Assembly: GCA_038231275.1 (NCBI GenBank) | Contig: JBBRLQ010000002.1 | Span: forward strand, 512,001-576,000 | From: Polyangiales bacterium | Lineage (GTDB): Bacteria > Myxococcota_A > Polyangia > Polyangiales > Polyangiaceae | Direction: 5' to 3' | DNA: 64,000 bases | In this document: in pieces, positions 45,999-56,690 of the stretch | How the letters are laid out: each line of letters starts with the position of its first letter | How positions within the stretch are numbered: the first letter of the stretch is position 1 | Notes under the pieces: generated by a model | What the model saw: the letters and a program-made list of their open reading frames with translations, nothing else | Told to the model about the DNA's origin: nothing | Databases searched by the model: none | Program-made: the position numbers and the translations under genes

Positions 45999-48284
45999 AT
46001 GAAGCTGCCCGTCGAGACGCCACGCGCGGCGTCCAAGACGACTCCCCCGGCGCCGCATATGGGCGTCCTGGGGTTTCTGGCGGCGCTCCTCCCCTACTTC
46101 GCGCCGCACAAGGCGGTCGCGGTCCTCATCCTCGCGACGATGCTCGTGGATCTCGCGTACGCCACCGTGGTCCCGCTCCTGTTCCAGGCGCTGATCGACG
46201 AGGCGATCGTCCCGCACGACATGAAGAGGCTCACGCTGATCCTCGGCGGCTTGGCGGGCGGCGCCGCCGTCGCGACGATCTCGGGCTTCATTCAGGATCT
46301 CGCGTACGCGCGCGCGGGCGTCGCCGTGATGAACGCCATTCGCCTGCGTCTGTTCTCCCACTTGCAGGAGCTGTCGACCGAGTTCCACGCGCGAACCCAG
46401 ATCGGCGACCTCCTCTCGCGCTTCTCGTCGGATCTGGCGTCGGTCGAGAACGGGCTCATCTGGTATTTGCCGTCGATCATGGCCGGCGCGGGCGGCTTCG
46501 TCATCAGCGTCGCGCTGCTCTTCCGGCTCGAGTGGCGCCTCGCCGTCGTGTCGGTCATCGGCCTCTTGATCTCGTTCTGGATCGCCAAGCGCCTCGAGCC
46601 ACGCGCGAACGATCTCGCGTACCAGCTCAAGGAGGAGATCGGCGTCGTCACCGTCGCGGTGCAGGAGAACCTCGCGGCGCAGGCCGTCGTGAAGGGCTTC
46701 AACCTACAAAATCAGCAGCGCGAGCGGTTCCGCGCCAAGCTCGATACCCTCCTCGGCCTCTCGCGGCGCGCGAACTGGATCGGCTTCGCGATGGCGCGCG
46801 TCCCCAACGTCGGCGCGCTCCTCATGGGCTTCGCGACGCTCGCGATCGGCGCGTACCTCGTCTTTGTCAACGAGATGACGATGGGCGAGCTCGTTGCATT
46901 CTACACGCTCTTCGGCCAAGTCTCGGTGAGCGTCACCAGCCTCACCTACTCGACGCCGTCGCTGCTCGAGGGAGCCGCGGGGATGGAGCGCCTCGACGAG
47001 GTGCTGCGCGAGACGCCGACGGTGAAAGACGGTCCCGACGCGACGCCGCTCCCGGCGCTGGCCCGCGAGCTCGAGCTCCGCGACGTGACGTTCGGGTACA
47101 CGGAGACGACGACGCACCTCGACGGCGTGACGCTCACGATCCCGAAGGGTCACTCGATCGCCTTCGTCGGCGCGAGCGGCTCCGGCAAGAGCACGATCTT
47201 GAACCTCGTCAGCCGCTTCTACGATCCGCGCGCCGGCGCGGTGAAGTACGACGGACGCGACATCAAAGAGGTCACGCTCGAAGCGCTGCGCGGACAGCTC
47301 GGCATCGTCTTCCAGGACAGCGTCCTCTTCGATACGACGATCCGCGAGAACATCCGGCTCGGACGCGCCGGCGCGACCGACGCGGAGATCGAGGAGGCGG
47401 CGAAGGCGGCCGAGATCCACGACTTCATCGTCGGCTCTCCAGAAGGCTACGAGACGCGCGTGGGCGAGCGCGGGAGCCGACTCTCGGGCGGCCAGCGGCA
47501 ACGCGTCGCGATCGCGCGTGCGCTGGTGCGCCGCCCCTCGGTGCTCCTCTTGGACGAGGCGACATCGGCGCTCGACCCGCAGACCGAATCGCTGATCGAC
47601 GCGACGATCCACAAGCTCGCGCGCGCGCACACGGTGCTATCGGTGACCCATCGCCTCGCCGCGGTGGTGAGCTGCGACCGCGTCTTCGTGCTCGATCGCG
47701 GCAAAATCGTGGAGGTGGGCACCCACGAGGAGCTCCTCGCGAAGGAGGGCCTGTACGCCAGCCTGTGGGAGAAGCAGCAGGGCTTCACGCTCAGCGACGA
47801 CGGGGAGAAAGCGGCGGTGTCCGCGGGGCGGCTCTCGGCGGTGCCGCTCTTCTCGAAGCTCGACATGCCGACGCTCGCGGAGATCGCCGATCAGATGACG
47901 TCGGTGTCGCGCGACGCGGGCACGGTGCTCGTGCGCGAGGGAGACCCCGGGGACGAGCTCTTCGTCGTCGCGCGTGGGCGCCTCGAGGTGCTTAAGCGGG
48001 CGCCCGACGGCCACCAGGAGCGCGTCGAAATTTTCGACGATGGGGATACGTTCGGCGAGATCTCGCTCATGCGCGACGTTCCGCGGACGGCGACGGTGCG
48101 CACCCTGACGGCGACGACGTACCTGACGCTGAAGCGCGCGCCGTTCCTGCGTCTGGTCGCGCGGGTGCCCGGGATGAAGGCGCGCCTGGACGCGGAGATC
48201 GACGCGCGCCTCCGCGAAAACGCGTCGGTGGAAGCCGGGGGCCCGGGGATCGTGGAGAAGCCTTCGCAGCGCACCGGCGCGTGA
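45999..48284 (+). CDS. ABC exporter (TMD+NBD) with C-terminal cNMP-binding domain
   Basis: GASGSGKST, LSGGQRQR, LLLDEATSALD, THRL; FGEISLMRDVPRTATVR phosphate-binding cassette. Confidence 0.93.
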   Translation: MKLPVETPRAASKTTPPAPHMGVLGFLAALLPYFAPHKAVAVLILATMLVDLAYATVVPLLFQALIDEAIVPHDMKRLTLILGGLAGGAAVATISGFIQDLAYARAGVAVMNAIRLRLFSHLQELSTEFHARTQIGDLLSRFSSDLASVENGLIWYLPSIMAGAGGFVISVALLFRLEWRLAVVSVIGLLISFWIAKRLEPRANDLAYQLKEEIGVVTVAVQENLAAQAVVKGFNLQNQQRERFRAKLDTLLGLSRRANWIGFAMARVPNVGALLMGFATLAIGAYLVFVNEMTMGELVAFYTLFGQVSVSVTSLTYSTPSLLEGAAGMERLDEVLRETPTVKDGPDATPLPALARELELRDVTFGYTETTTHLDGVTLTIPKGHSIAFVGASGSGKSTILNLVSRFYDPRAGAVKYDGRDIKEVTLEALRGQLGIVFQDSVLFDTTIRENIRLGRAGATDAEIEEAAKAAEIHDFIVGSPEGYETRVGERGSRLSGGQRQRVAIARALVRRPSVLLLDEATSALDPQTESLIDATIHKLARAHTVLSVTHRLAAVVSCDRVFVLDRGKIVEVGTHEELLAKEGLYASLWEKQQGFTLSDDGEKAAVSAGRLSAVPLFSKLDMPTLAEIADQMTSVSRDAGTVLVREGDPGDELFVVARGRLEVLKRAPDGHQERVEIFDDGDTFGEISLMRDVPRTATVRTLTATTYLTLKRAPFLRLVARVPGMKARLDAEIDARLRENASVEAGGPGIVEKPSQRTGA

Positions 48285-48325
48285 CCGCGGTGGCCGCGCG
48301 CGCCCTTCCTCGCTACGCTGTCGGT

Positions 48326-48706
48326 GTGCGCTTCGAATTCCACGCCGCGCTGCTGGTCGCGCTCGCGGCTTGCGCGGACACGCCGGACCTGACGTATGCG
48401 CCGAACGGTGACGCGGGCGTCGACGCGACATCGACCGCTGACGCGGGCGACAGCGGCGTGGGGAAAGCGGATGGAGCCGCGGACGCCGCAGGCGATGGCG
48501 CGGCCTCTGCGGACGGCGCGACGGGCTGTGCGACGGGAAGCCCCCCTCCCGGCGCCACTCGATGCTGCGGCACCGTTCCCTGCGTGGACCGATCGGGCAA
48601 CGGCTGCAACTGCGGTGACTGCGATGCGCTCGCATGCCCGGGCTGGTGCTGCGTCAACGGCAACCAGCAAGTCCTGTGCACGCAAAGCTCCAAAGCGTGC
48701 AAGTAG
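48326..48706 (+). CDS. small Cys-rich lipoprotein
   Basis: MRFEFHAALLVALAAC; 12 Cys in the last ~59 aa; start 48326 or 48281. Confidence 0.7.
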   Translation: MRFEFHAALLVALAACADTPDLTYAPNGDAGVDATSTADAGDSGVGKADGAADAAGDGAASADGATGCATGSPPPGATRCCGTVPCVDRSGNGCNCGDCDALACPGWCCVNGNQQVLCTQSSKACK

Positions 48707-48753
48707 CGGCGCGTGCAAGTACCGGCGCGCTCGCGCCACACGTGGCGTAATGG

Positions 48754-49086
48754 CTACGCCCGCCCGACCAGATGAAGGAGCCCGCGAATGGCTGCATGCA
48801 GGACCATGTACGCGGCGATCGCGATGACGAGCGGCCACACCACGTGCGCGCCGTCGATCGTGTCGGTGCCGACGATCGACTTGAACGGCCCATAGAACGG
48901 GTCGGTCACGCTCGCGATGAACTGGTAAAATCCCGCCGATCTCCGCGCGTTGATGAGCTCGAGGACGAGCCGGATCGCGAGGATGCCGTAGACGAGCCCA
49001 AAGGCGTAGTCGAGCACGCGCGCGACGAGCGCGAGCGTACGCGCCTTGGAGGACGGAGACGGTTCTTCCACGACGTATGTGCTCAT
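48754..49086 (-). CDS. YggT-like membrane protein
   Basis: LAIRLVLEL...FYQFIASVTDPFYGPF. Confidence 0.8.
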   Translation of the reverse strand: MSTYVVEEPSPSSKARTLALVARVLDYAFGLVYGILAIRLVLELINARRSAGFYQFIASVTDPFYGPFKSIVGTDTIDGAHVVWPLVIAIAAYMVLHAAIRGLLHLVGRA

Positions 49087-49187
49087 GGCCGGCTCTATCG
49101 CACGATGCGTGCCGGCGTGGCTGGACGGCGCCGCCCTATGACGTTACGACGCGGCTTGTCCTGGAACGATCGAAGGAGGGTGCGATC

Positions 49188-49973
49188 ATGACGAATCCGA
49201 ACACGGGGCGCTTCACCTGGCACGAGCTCGTCACGAGCGACGCGGCGGTCGCGACGACGTTCTATTCGGCTCTCTTCGGCTGGAAGGTGACCGAGAACCC
49301 GATGCCGACGGGAGGCACGTACCGCACCTTCTCGCACGGGCAGGCGAGCCCGGCCGGCGAGACGATGATCGGCGGAGCGATGGAGGCGCCGAAGGGTGTG
49401 CCGTCGGGTTGGCTCGTCTACGTCGGCGTCGAGGACGTCGACGCGGCGGCAAAGAAGATCGGCGAGCGCGGCGGCAAGATCGTGGTCCCACCGACGACGG
49501 TGCCGGACATGCTTCGCTTCGCGTGCGCGATGGATCCGCAAGGCGCGGCGTTCGGGATCTTGAAGGGGATCGGCCCCGGCGCCGACGCGTCGCCGTACGA
49601 CGGCCCCCCGCGCCCCGGCACCTTCTGCTGGGACGAGCTCCACACCAAAGAAATCGACGCCGCGAAGAAGTTCTACGGTGACGTCTTCGGCTGGACCGGC
49701 AAGGGCGACGACGGCGGCAACGACTACTGGCACGTGCGTAGCAACGGCAAGGACATCGGTGGAATGACGTCGCACATGGGCGGCCCCAACGTGCCGCCGC
49801 ACTGGCTCGCGTACATCGCGGTCTCCGACGTCGACGACATCACGAAGAAGGCCGAGACCCTTGGCGGGAAAGTGATGATGCCCGCGATGGAGATCCCCAA
49901 GGTCGGCCGATTCTCGGTGGTGCAGGATCCAACCGGGGCGGTTTTCTCGCCGTTCCGTTCCGCGCGTGTGTGA
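49188..49973 (+). CDS. VOC/glyoxalase family protein (paralogue of 36425-37198)
   Basis: FTWHELVTSD, FCWDELHTK, DPQGA/DPTGA; SD AAGGAGG. Confidence 0.92.
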   Translation: MTNPNTGRFTWHELVTSDAAVATTFYSALFGWKVTENPMPTGGTYRTFSHGQASPAGETMIGGAMEAPKGVPSGWLVYVGVEDVDAAAKKIGERGGKIVVPPTTVPDMLRFACAMDPQGAAFGILKGIGPGADASPYDGPPRPGTFCWDELHTKEIDAAKKFYGDVFGWTGKGDDGGNDYWHVRSNGKDIGGMTSHMGGPNVPPHWLAYIAVSDVDDITKKAETLGGKVMMPAMEIPKVGRFSVVQDPTGAVFSPFRSARV

Positions 49974-49980
49974 AGACGAG

Positions 49981-50002
49981 TTTTTTAAGAATTTTTTAAG
50001 AA
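49981..50002 (+). repeat. perfect 11-bp tandem repeat TTTTTTAAGAA x2
   Basis: direct reading; intergenic, just before the SD of the gene at 50013. Confidence 0.85.
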
Positions 50003-50012
50003 GAGGTGAACC

Positions 50013-50348
50013 ATGAAAAAGTTTCTCGTTCTCTATAGGGCACCGGCGTCGTCGTTCCAGATGATGCAAAAAGCCACGCCCGAGCAGCAGAAGGCCGGCA
50101 TGGATGCATGGATGGCGTGGGGCACGAAGGCCGCGTCGGCGATCGTCGACATGGGCGCGCCGCTCGGAAAGAGCCTCCGCGTCACGAACGCCGGCTCGGG
50201 CGCGAGCACCAACGATCTCGGCGGCTACTCGATCCTCCAAGCCGAATCGAAGGAGGCGCTGGCGGAGACGTTGAAGGGCCACCCTCACTTCATGATGCCG
50301 GAGGGGACCATCGACGTCGTCGAGGTGATGCCGATGCCGGGGATGTAA
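50013..50348 (+). CDS. YciI-like dimeric alpha/beta barrel protein
   Basis: MKKFLVLY, AWMAW, GGYSILQAES, HPH; SD GAGGTG. Confidence 0.85.
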   Translation: MKKFLVLYRAPASSFQMMQKATPEQQKAGMDAWMAWGTKAASAIVDMGAPLGKSLRVTNAGSGASTNDLGGYSILQAESKEALAETLKGHPHFMMPEGTIDVVEVMPMPGM

Positions 50349-50384
50349 TCGCCACCGGAATCGAATTCGCACGACGACAGGACC

Positions 50385-50526
50385 ATGAAAGCCGTCCTGC
50401 TGACCGCCTATGGCGGCGTCGACATGCTTGAGGTGCGTGACGTCCCCACGCCGGGCGCCGACCAGATCGTGGTCGGCATGTCCGGCGCGAGCGTCAACCC
50501 AATCGAATGGAAGCTCCGCAGCGGCG
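50385..50526 (+). pseudogene. N-terminal fragment (47 aa) of an NADP-dependent MDR oxidoreductase
   Basis: MKAVLLTAYGGVDMLEVRDVP...ASVNPIEWKLRSG, after which similarity ends abruptly at the stop of the opposite-strand gene. Confidence 0.7.
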
Positions 50527-51102
50527 TCACGTCGCGCGGCGCGCCCGCGTGTCCAACATCATCGCGCGGATCACGAGGCCGACGAGGACTGCGCCGAGGA
50601 TCGCGGAGGCGCCGAGCGTGCCGAGCGTGCCGAGCGCGAGGTCTCCCTTCTCCTTCGACTTCGTCAAGACGTCGCCGACCGTCGCGCCGAAGGGACGCGT
50701 CAAGACGAACGCGATCCAGAACAGCAGGGCGCGCGAATGCGGGTGAAGAACGTCGCGACCACGACGAGCGCGAGCAAGCCCCCGATCAGGAGCGCGCCGC
50801 CCGCGAAGCCGAGGCCCGAGCTGTCCGCGACGAAGTCCCCGAGCGCCGTGGCCGAGGGTGCGGTCCATGGAGTCGGACATCGTCGTGCCGGCGGCGCTCG
50901 TCGTGAAGATGACCGTCCAATAGAGGAGCGGGTGATACCGCCGCGACAGGAGCTGCGCGCCGAGGCTCAGGAGGAACGCCGAGAACAGGATGAGCGAGCT
51001 CTTCGCGTAGCCGACGTTCATCGTCATCGACAGAAGATCGCCCGCGGTCTCGCCGAGCGTCGTCGCCGAGATCTTCATCACCCAGAACGCAGCAGTGATT
51101 TC
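50527..51102 (-). pseudogene. degraded DUF347/COG4705 membrane protein gene
   Basis: FWVMKISATTLGETAGD...DRTLG, internal deletion, frameshifted TALGDFVADSSGLGF, then LLFWIAFVLTRPFGATVGD; no clear start. Confidence 0.75.
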
Positions 51103-51189
51103 CAATTCGCGTACCAACGGAGCCGCGTTCGCACAACGTCGCCGAAGTGCGCCTTGCTGCGCGATCGAGCGGCGCGCTAGCGTGCATGG

Positions 51190-52476
<1,287 letters not shown>

Positions 52477-52502
52477 CCACAGGGCTTTGGGTCGCGTCGC
52501 GC

Positions 52503-53243
52503 TCAACGTTTCGGCGCGAACTCGGAGAGCGGCGAGAAGCCGCTGAGCGGTCCGGTGTGGCCGAACGCGAGCGCCTCGATCTCCTTCGCGCGCGGCGCCA
52601 GACGAGCGGCGAGGGCGTCGAGCGACGCCACGTTCTGCTCCGAATTCTTCGAGAACAAGCTCACCGCCTTCATGACGACGCCCTCCTTCGATGCGCCCGC
52701 GCTGTCCCCGAAGAAGAGGACACCACGTGACAGGAACACAGCGGATCCCGGCGTGTGCCCCGGCGTCGCGAACGCCTCGACCCGCAGCTCGCCAACCTCC
52801 ACGATCTCCCCGTCGTGCAGCGGATGGGTGACCGTCGCGGCGTCACCGATCAACGGCAGCTCGGCCTCCAGCGCGTAGACCTTCGCCTCCGGAAACGCCT
52901 TGCACCCGGCGACGTGATCCCCGTGGCCGTGGGTGAGGAAGATCGCGAGGACTGCCGACTTTGGCAGGCCGCGCCGTGCGAGGGCGAGCAGGATCGGGCC
53001 CGCCGACGCGCCCTTCCCTGCGTCGACGAGCACGACCTTTCCCGGCCCCGCGTCGAGCAAATACGAGCTCACGAAGGAGTCCTTCACGGACTCCACGCCG
53101 GGCGCCACGGTGCGTCCGTCCACGATCGCGCTGTTGTTTCCGAACGCGCGGTACCAGACGAACGCCACCGTCGCGACGAGGACCAGGACGAGCGCGGCGA
53201 GGACCTTGAGGACACGCTTCACGCGTGGCGAGGGCTTGCGCAT
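52503..53243 (-). CDS. MBL-fold metallo-hydrolase with N-terminal TM anchor
   Basis: LTHGHGDH, PGHTPGS, FGDS, FGH. Confidence 0.9.
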   Translation of the reverse strand: MRKPSPRVKRVLKVLAALVLVLVATVAFVWYRAFGNNSAIVDGRTVAPGVESVKDSFVSSYLLDAGPGKVVLVDAGKGASAGPILLALARRGLPKSAVLAIFLTHGHGDHVAGCKAFPEAKVYALEAELPLIGDAATVTHPLHDGEIVEVGELRVEAFATPGHTPGSAVFLSRGVLFFGDSAGASKEGVVMKAVSLFSKNSEQNVASLDALAARLAPRAKEIEALAFGHTGPLSGFSPLSEFAPKR

Positions 53244-53280
53244 GGCCGTGGTTATAGCTCGTGGTACGGTCGAGAGTGCG

Positions 53281-54546
53281 ATGTGGGAACCGGTAGGCTA
53301 CGCGCTCGTCGTCGTCGAGGGACCGGACACCGGCAAGGCGTTCACGCTCGACGGGAGCCAACCGAGCCGCACCTTCATCGGGCAAGCGGAGACATGTCAC
53401 TTCCAGCTGACCGATCCCGGCGTCTCCCGACGCCACGCCGCGCTGGATCTCGTCGGACCCAAGCTGCGCGTGACCGATCTCGGCTCCGCCGGCGCGACGA
53501 CGGCGAACGGCATCGCGGTCGTCGACGCGTTCTTGACCGGCGGCGAAATCATCGGGATGGGCGCGACCCGCCTCCGCGTCGATCGCGTGAGGGGACGCGC
53601 GCTCTCGGCGCCCGAAGGCTGGTGCTTCGGGCGCATCGTCGGCTCGAGCCCCAAGATGCAGAAAATCTGCGCGTGGGCGGCGCGCGTCGCCGACGCCGAC
53701 TGGCCGGTCATCCTCGAAGGCGAGACCGGCACGGGCAAGGAGCTCGTCGCCGAAGCGCTCCACGAAGGAAGCGCGCGAGCGAGCGGACCGTTCATCGTCT
53801 TCGACTGCACCGCCACCGCGCCGAACCAGGTCGAGGTCACGCTCTTCGGCGAGGAGGGCGGTCGCAAGGGCGTCTTCGAACAAGCGAACGGCGGCACGCT
53901 GTTCATCGATGAGATCGGCGATCTGGACGTCGCGCTGCAGCCCAAGCTGCTCCGCGCCATCGAGCGCTCCGAGCTCCAGCGCCTCGGCGGCGATCGGTGG
54001 ATCCGCGTCGACGTGCGCGTGATCGCCGCGACGCGCCGCGATCTCGATCGCGAGGTCCAGGCAGGCCGCTTCCGGGACGATCTCTTCCATCGCCTCGCGG
54101 TGTCGCGCGTCGAGCTGCCGCCCCTCCGCGAGCGCGAGGGAGACGTCCCGGTGCTCGCCCGTCACTTCTGGCGCGTGCTCACCGGCAAAGACGATCTGCC
54201 GAACGACTTTCTCTCGCGCGCGCTCGGCTACGACTGGCCCGGCAACGTGCGCGAGCTGCACCACGCTGTCGTACGCCGCATCGCGCTCGGCGAGCTCGCG
54301 GAGGCACCGAAGGCGCAACCGACCGTGGAGCCGGAGGCGGCCGGAGCGCCGCGGCAGACGATCGACATCACCGACGCCCTCGGCCTCGCGCTGTCGACCG
54401 CGCGGCAGCAGGTCGTCGAGGCGTTCGAGCGACGTTACGTGGAGCAAGTCCTCCAGAAGCACGGCGGGAACGTCGCGCGCGCGGCCCAGGCCTCGGGCAT
54501 CGCGCGCCGGTATTTCCAGGTGATCCGCGCGCGCGTCACCAAGTAG
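53281..54546 (+). CDS. FHA-domain sigma54-type AAA+ activator with Fis HTH, lacking the GAFTGA loop
   Basis: VSRRHA FHA motif; GETGTGKE, LFIDEIG, FRDDLFHRL, WPGNVREL; HGGNVARAAQASGIAR HTH. Confidence 0.9.
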   Translation: MWEPVGYALVVVEGPDTGKAFTLDGSQPSRTFIGQAETCHFQLTDPGVSRRHAALDLVGPKLRVTDLGSAGATTANGIAVVDAFLTGGEIIGMGATRLRVDRVRGRALSAPEGWCFGRIVGSSPKMQKICAWAARVADADWPVILEGETGTGKELVAEALHEGSARASGPFIVFDCTATAPNQVEVTLFGEEGGRKGVFEQANGGTLFIDEIGDLDVALQPKLLRAIERSELQRLGGDRWIRVDVRVIAATRRDLDREVQAGRFRDDLFHRLAVSRVELPPLREREGDVPVLARHFWRVLTGKDDLPNDFLSRALGYDWPGNVRELHHAVVRRIALGELAEAPKAQPTVEPEAAGAPRQTIDITDALGLALSTARQQVVEAFERRYVEQVLQKHGGNVARAAQASGIARRYFQVIRARVTK

Positions 54547-54559
54547 GCGCGGCGATCGG

Positions 54560-55990
54560 CTACTTCACGAGGCCGGCGATCGATGGCCCCTTGTAGTACT
54601 GCGCCACCTTCGCCGTGTTCCCCTTCGCGACCGCGTAGAGCGCGGCGGCGGCCGACGCCTCGGTCGTCGACTTGGGCGAGTCCTTCTTGAACGGCACCGC
54701 CGCGCCGCTCGTCGGATCGAAGCTCGACACCTCGCCCGACGGACGGATCCCGCCGAACCACCCCGTCTTCAGCCGGCCGTTGCCGTAGACGTAGAGCCAG
54801 TTCGAGTCGGCGGGGGTCTGGTCCTTCCAGTCCTGACCGCCCGTCGTGTCCATCGGATCCTTGGGAATGTCGCCGTGGACGGTGAACACGATCGACTCGC
54901 CGAGGCTCTTCCCAGAGCACGCGGGATCCGGCGTCTTTCGCGCGTGGGCGAGGAAGCCGTCGACGATCTTGCCGAGGCTCGCCGCCTTGCTCCGCGTCGC
55001 GCCGAGGCGCCCGAACGCGCCATGCGGATCGCTGCCGTTCATCGCGGGGAGGATGAACGTCGACGACAGGCCGAGCCCGAACGCGTTCACTGCGACCATG
55101 AGCTGGCGCGCGAGGCCGACGAGCCGAGCGTGATCCGGATCGGCGTCCATTCCGTTGGCGAGGAGATCGGGCAGACCGTAAAGCGCTTCCTGATCGGTCG
55201 TGGGCGCGAGCTTCGCCGCGAAGTTCTGGCCGACGAGGTGCGCGGCGACCTTCTCGGTCTGGTACGCGGCGGCTACCTTGGGTCTCCCGGCCGACGCGTT
55301 GAGCGCGAGGAACGCCTTCTGGTACGCCTCGTAGAGCGCCGCGTCGGCGGGGCGCTTCAAGAGCGTGCGCGACGCCGCGCTGTCGAAGAGGCCGAGCAGC
55401 CCGTCGGCGCTCGTCGTCACCACGCTCGGCGTTCCTTCCGCGACGCCGACCGCCGCGGCCACCGGCTCGACGCCGATGACGGGGAGGAGCGTCGGGTTGT
55501 CGGCGAACTGCATGGCCGCGATGGCCGCGATCATGCCGGTCCCTGCGCCGACGGTGGCGGCGTTTCGTGGCGCGGCGACGTGCACGTTCTCGATCGCGGC
55601 GCCGAGGAACGCAGACATCTGAGGCCCGCCGCCCTGGAACGGCGAGGCGTCCGGATCGTAGACGAGCGGACGATCGGTGCCCTGCGCGAGCGCCGCCCGA
55701 CCGGGGCTCAGGAACGCGAAGCCGTTGCTGTCTGTCGCCGCCATCGCCACCTCGGGGTGAGGCCAGAGGAGGTGAAACCACGGGATCCCGCCGCTGCCCG
55801 CGACGAGGTGCACGGATTTGCTCGTTCCCGCGCACGCCGCGACGTCCGCCATCGCGGATCCGGCGCTGTCGTTCAGCGCGTCGAGGAATCGCGCGCGATC
55901 GAGGCCGAGGACCGCGCCGACGGCGGCGCCCCACTTCAAGAAATCACGACGCCCGTGGCCACGAAGGTTCTTCAGTCGATCGTCGGTCAT
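54560..55990 (-). CDS. Tat-exported protein, DUF1501/DUF1552-like
   Basis: GRRDFLKW twin-arginine motif; DPHGAF; SD AAGGAG. Confidence 0.75.
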   Translation of the reverse strand: MTDDRLKNLRGHGRRDFLKWGAAVGAVLGLDRARFLDALNDSAGSAMADVAACAGTSKSVHLVAGSGGIPWFHLLWPHPEVAMAATDSNGFAFLSPGRAALAQGTDRPLVYDPDASPFQGGGPQMSAFLGAAIENVHVAAPRNAATVGAGTGMIAAIAAMQFADNPTLLPVIGVEPVAAAVGVAEGTPSVVTTSADGLLGLFDSAASRTLLKRPADAALYEAYQKAFLALNASAGRPKVAAAYQTEKVAAHLVGQNFAAKLAPTTDQEALYGLPDLLANGMDADPDHARLVGLARQLMVAVNAFGLGLSSTFILPAMNGSDPHGAFGRLGATRSKAASLGKIVDGFLAHARKTPDPACSGKSLGESIVFTVHGDIPKDPMDTTGGQDWKDQTPADSNWLYVYGNGRLKTGWFGGIRPSGEVSSFDPTSGAAVPFKKDSPKSTTEASAAAALYAVAKGNTAKVAQYYKGPSIAGLVK

Positions 55991-56008
55991 AACAGGTCTC
56001 CTTGTCCT

Positions 56009-56674
56009 TCACTCACAGCCATGCGCTGCCGAGAGCAGCGTCGCGACCACGATGCGCTCTGCCCGGTCGCGCGCGTCGGCCGGCGCCTCGGCCGGATCGG
56101 CCGCGGCGATCACGTCCGCGACGAGCTCGTGGGCGATCGCGAGGTGCTGCGCGCGCGCCGGCTTACCCATCAGGCACGAGGCGCCGTCCAGGGTGAGCTC
56201 GTGCGCGGCGTCGAAGAGCGCGGTGCCGGGGCACGCCGGCGCGGTCCACGCGCCGAGCTTCGACGCGCGCTGAATCTCGATCGACGCGAGGACGAAGACG
56301 TCGTCGCGCTTCTCCGCGCCGGCGGTCGAGCCCGTCAGAGGCTCGCGCGTTCGCTCGCCGTAGCGCGCGAGGCCGAGCGCATCTGCGCCCGTCACGTAGA
56401 GCTGCGCGGCGGATCCCGGGACGCCGGCGTCCATCGCGACGCCCACCGAACGCAAAATCGCGCCCAGCGCGGCGGTGCGAATCTTCGTGCAGCCGTGCTG
56501 CGGGCCCAGCGCGGTGACCGTCGGCGCGCTCGCGTCAGCGTCTTGTGCGAACGCGGGCGGCGAAGGCGCGGGCGCCGCGTCGGGCGCGTCGGTCGTCGGC
56601 GGCCGTGTAGGCGCGCTGGTGCAGCCTGCGAGCGCGGCGAGCGTGAGCGTGAAAGGGATGATGAGGCGGTCCAT
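56009..56674 (-). CDS. hypothetical lipoprotein
   Basis: lipobox LAGC; SD GAGGAG; tightly spaced in an operon. Confidence 0.75.
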   Translation of the reverse strand: MDRLIIPFTLTLAALAGCTSAPTRPPTTDAPDAAPAPSPPAFAQDADASAPTVTALGPQHGCTKIRTAALGAILRSVGVAMDAGVPGSAAQLYVTGADALGLARYGERTREPLTGSTAGAEKRDDVFVLASIEIQRASKLGAWTAPACPGTALFDAAHELTLDGASCLMGKPARAQHLAIAHELVADVIAAADPAEAPADARDRAERIVVATLLSAAHGCE

Positions 56675-56690
56675 CGGTCTCTCCTCGGGT

